64,000 nt of DNA, taken from assembly GCA_040220235.1 (NCBI GenBank), contig JAVJTO010000055.1, one strand, 5' to 3'. The notes beneath the pieces were generated by a model. That model saw only the letters and a list, made by a program, of their open reading frames with translations, had not been told where the DNA came from and made no database searches. Each line of letters begins with the position of its first letter. Position 1 is the first letter of the stretch. The stretch is from Coleofasciculus sp. B1-GNL1-01. GTDB lineage: Bacteria; Cyanobacteriota; Cyanobacteriia; Cyanobacteriales; Coleofasciculaceae. This document shows, in pieces, positions 61,921 to 64,000 of the stretch. The translations under genes and the position numbers were made by a program.

Positions 61921-62754
61921 ATGAGCGATTCTTTTGAGGATGCCCAAGCGCCTCGCCCTAATCCCGATCAGAATACTGAATCCTCCTCAAAGGACTCAGA
62001 AAATGTCAATGACGAATGGGATTTAGTGGAGGAACTAGCGCCAGAGACGGAACCATCAACCAATGCTAGACCTGAAAGGCTAATCCCTAATCAGGACAAA
62101 AATTCAGCGAGTCAACAATCTCAGGCACAACAGCGACAATTCAATACCACTGTCGTCATGGTGGAAACGGCGTTCCTCGCCAGTACAGCGAGTTTGATTT
62201 GGCTCATTAATTATTATTTTCCCCTCGGTCCAGTCCTGAAGATGTTTTTCCCGGTGCCAATCGCCTTGGTGTACATGCGTCGCGGAAATCGAGCCTCTTG
62301 GATGGCGGCACTGGTTTCAGGGTTATTGCTGTCGGTGCTACAAGGACCAACCCGCAGTATCCTGTTTTTGATTCCCTACGGTTTGATGGGCGTTCAGTTG
62401 GGCGCCTTGTGGAAACGTCAAGCCAATTGGTTATTTTCCATTGGGATTGGTACGCTACTGGGAACTTTGGGATTCTTTTTTCGCTTTTGGTTGCTCTCAA
62501 TTCTTTTGAGTGAGGATCTGTGGGTTTATGTGATGACTCAAATTACCGAATTAGTGGAATGGGGGTTTGTCAAGCTGGGGTTACTCGCTCAACCCAGTTT
62601 AATGTTAATTCAGGTGGTGGCAATTGTGGCAATTGTGATCAATAACGCCATTTATTTATTTGTGGTTCATCTGGTGGCGTTACTCATCTTTGATCGCCTG
62701 AAAAATCCTATTCCTCGTCCGCCTCAGTGGGTACAAGTTTTGCTGGATTATTAA
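61921..62754 (+). CDS. DUF2232 membrane protein
   Basis: MVETAFLAS..FFPVPIAL..GPTRS..PYG; ends IPRPPQWVQ. Confidence 0.88.
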   Translation: MSDSFEDAQAPRPNPDQNTESSSKDSENVNDEWDLVEELAPETEPSTNARPERLIPNQDKNSASQQSQAQQRQFNTTVVMVETAFLASTASLIWLINYYFPLGPVLKMFFPVPIALVYMRRGNRASWMAALVSGLLLSVLQGPTRSILFLIPYGLMGVQLGALWKRQANWLFSIGIGTLLGTLGFFFRFWLLSILLSEDLWVYVMTQITELVEWGFVKLGLLAQPSLMLIQVVAIVAIVINNAIYLFVVHLVALLIFDRLKNPIPRPPQWVQVLLDY

Positions 62755-62967
62755 TTTTTGTAAACACGCCTCAAACCCTTACATAAGAAGAATGACGTAG
62801 CTTTCTTCTCAAGGGAGCGAGTATGACGAATGACGCTCCCTACCATCAACTTTAATGAAAGTCCGACTACTTATCTGTCAATATTGCTACAACAGAGTTG
62901 GCTCACCTGTTGATACGTTGGTAATTCGCTAAGATAACAGATTACAGTAGGTTACAGGTCACTTGAT

Positions 62968-63411
62968 ATGTCTTTATTGTTTATCATTCCCTTGGGGATT
63001 TTCCTCGTCACTGCGTATCTTTTTAAACAATTGGCTAATGAAATGGCTTATCTTGCCGCTGCCATTGCTTTAGTTAGCTTAGTTGTAACGTTATGTTTAG
63101 CCCCCTGGCAAATTCAATTATTGCTGCTGGCATTAGTCATTTTTAGCAATCATAGACGCAGTTCTTCATCGTCTCAGCCCGTCACCGAGTCGTCATTGCC
63201 AGATGAGCATAACGTTAAGCTGGTGTATCGAGGCGTTAACTATGACCTAACCCCTGCCCAGGTTGAGGTAACGGAAGATGAGGTGATCGGAAAATATCGG
63301 GGTCAGGCTTTGAGAGTTCACCATTTGGTGAAACCTCCGGCTACGTCAACTCTCTTACCCTTGAAATATCGAGGGGTTAACGTTAGCGATCACAAAACAG
63401 TAACAGGATAA
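62968..63411 (+). CDS. DUF4278 domain membrane protein
   Basis: N-terminal TM segments; LVYRGV.Y..GKYRG..LKYRGV repeats. Confidence 0.75.
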   Translation: MSLLFIIPLGIFLVTAYLFKQLANEMAYLAAAIALVSLVVTLCLAPWQIQLLLLALVIFSNHRRSSSSSQPVTESSLPDEHNVKLVYRGVNYDLTPAQVEVTEDEVIGKYRGQALRVHHLVKPPATSTLLPLKYRGVNVSDHKTVTG

Positions 63412-63476
63412 GATAGATTAACTGTGAGGCTCCTGCGGGATTAGCTGAAGTGACGAGTCGTTGATAAGGAGAAACT

Positions 63477-64000
63477 ATGCGGATTGCTCATAATATCACA
63501 GAATTAATTGGTCACACTCCCCTAATTCAGCTCAACCGGATTCCTCAAGCCGAGGGATGTGTAGGACAAATTGTGGTGAAACTGGAGGGAATGAACCCTG
63601 CCGCTTCTGTGAAAGATCGCATCGGGATGAGTATGATTCAGGCAGCCGAAGAAGCGGGTCAGATTCATCCGGGAAAAACGGTGTTAGTGGAACCAACATC
63701 GGGGAATACAGGTATTGCCCTAGCGATGGTAGCCGCCGCTAAAGGATATCAGCTAATCTTGACGATGCCCGATACGATGAGCATGGAACGGCGATCTATG
63801 CTGAAAGCGTATGGAGCCAAACTAGAGCTGACACCCGGAAGCGAGGGAATGAAAGGAGCAATTCGCCGAGCCAACGAAATTACCGAAAGCACTCCTGAAG
63901 CTTTTATGCTGCAACAGTTTCAGAATCCAGCTAATCCCAAAATTCATCGAGAGACAACGGCTGAAGAAATTTGGGCAGATACTGAGGGTCAGGTCGATAT
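63477..64000 (+). CDS. cysK: Cysteine synthase A (3' end outside window)
   Basis: Translated by hand: [55 protein letters not shown]. Confidence 0.96.
   Translation, partial: MRIAHNITELIGHTPLIQLNRIPQAEGCVGQIVVKLEGMNPAASVKDRIGMSMIQAAEEAGQIHPGKTVLVEPTSGNTGIALAMVAAAKGYQLILTMPDTMSMERRSMLKAYGAKLELTPGSEGMKGAIRRANEITESTPEAFMLQQFQNPANPKIHRETTAEEIWADTEGQVD

Noticed and set aside
62755..62967. Glutamine riboswitch upstream of the DUF4278 gene
   Set aside because: Expected conserved motif not recognisable

Overview
Chromosomal window from a filamentous cyanobacterium. This is inferred from dense HIP1 GCGATCGC octamers, heptamer repeats, GTAG-type palindromic repeats and cyanobacterial gene families; a Coleofasciculus/Oscillatoriales-like host is only a guess. 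Housekeeping genes include atpD-atpC, PSRP-3, a Gld-like ABC operon, malic enzyme, two HtrA proteases, the SSADH/2-oxoglutarate decarboxylase TCA shunt, pgsA, crp and cysK. Between about 30.8 and 48.7 kb lies a mosaic accessory island enriched in RNA repair and RNA-attack functions. It carries an HD-polynucleotide kinase next to an ATP-dependent RNA-ligase-family gene, and a 1021-aa MJ1316-EEP-2H-eukaryote-type poly(A) polymerase fusion. It also holds an NYN/OST-HTH nuclease, a MITE-disrupted PIN-like toxin, a PtuAB/Septu-like ATPase-HNH pair and a foreign PD-(D/E)XK-like gene. Both repair loci are preceded by truncated, diverged duplicates of themselves that bracket cargo genes. Outside the island there is an ORF-less IscB-type omegaRNA (HEARO-like) inside the atpD-atpC spacer, TnpB right-end remnants, an orphan sbtB, a DGR-target-like FGE fragment and several MITE families. 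All family calls come from motif recognition by eye; no database searches were run.
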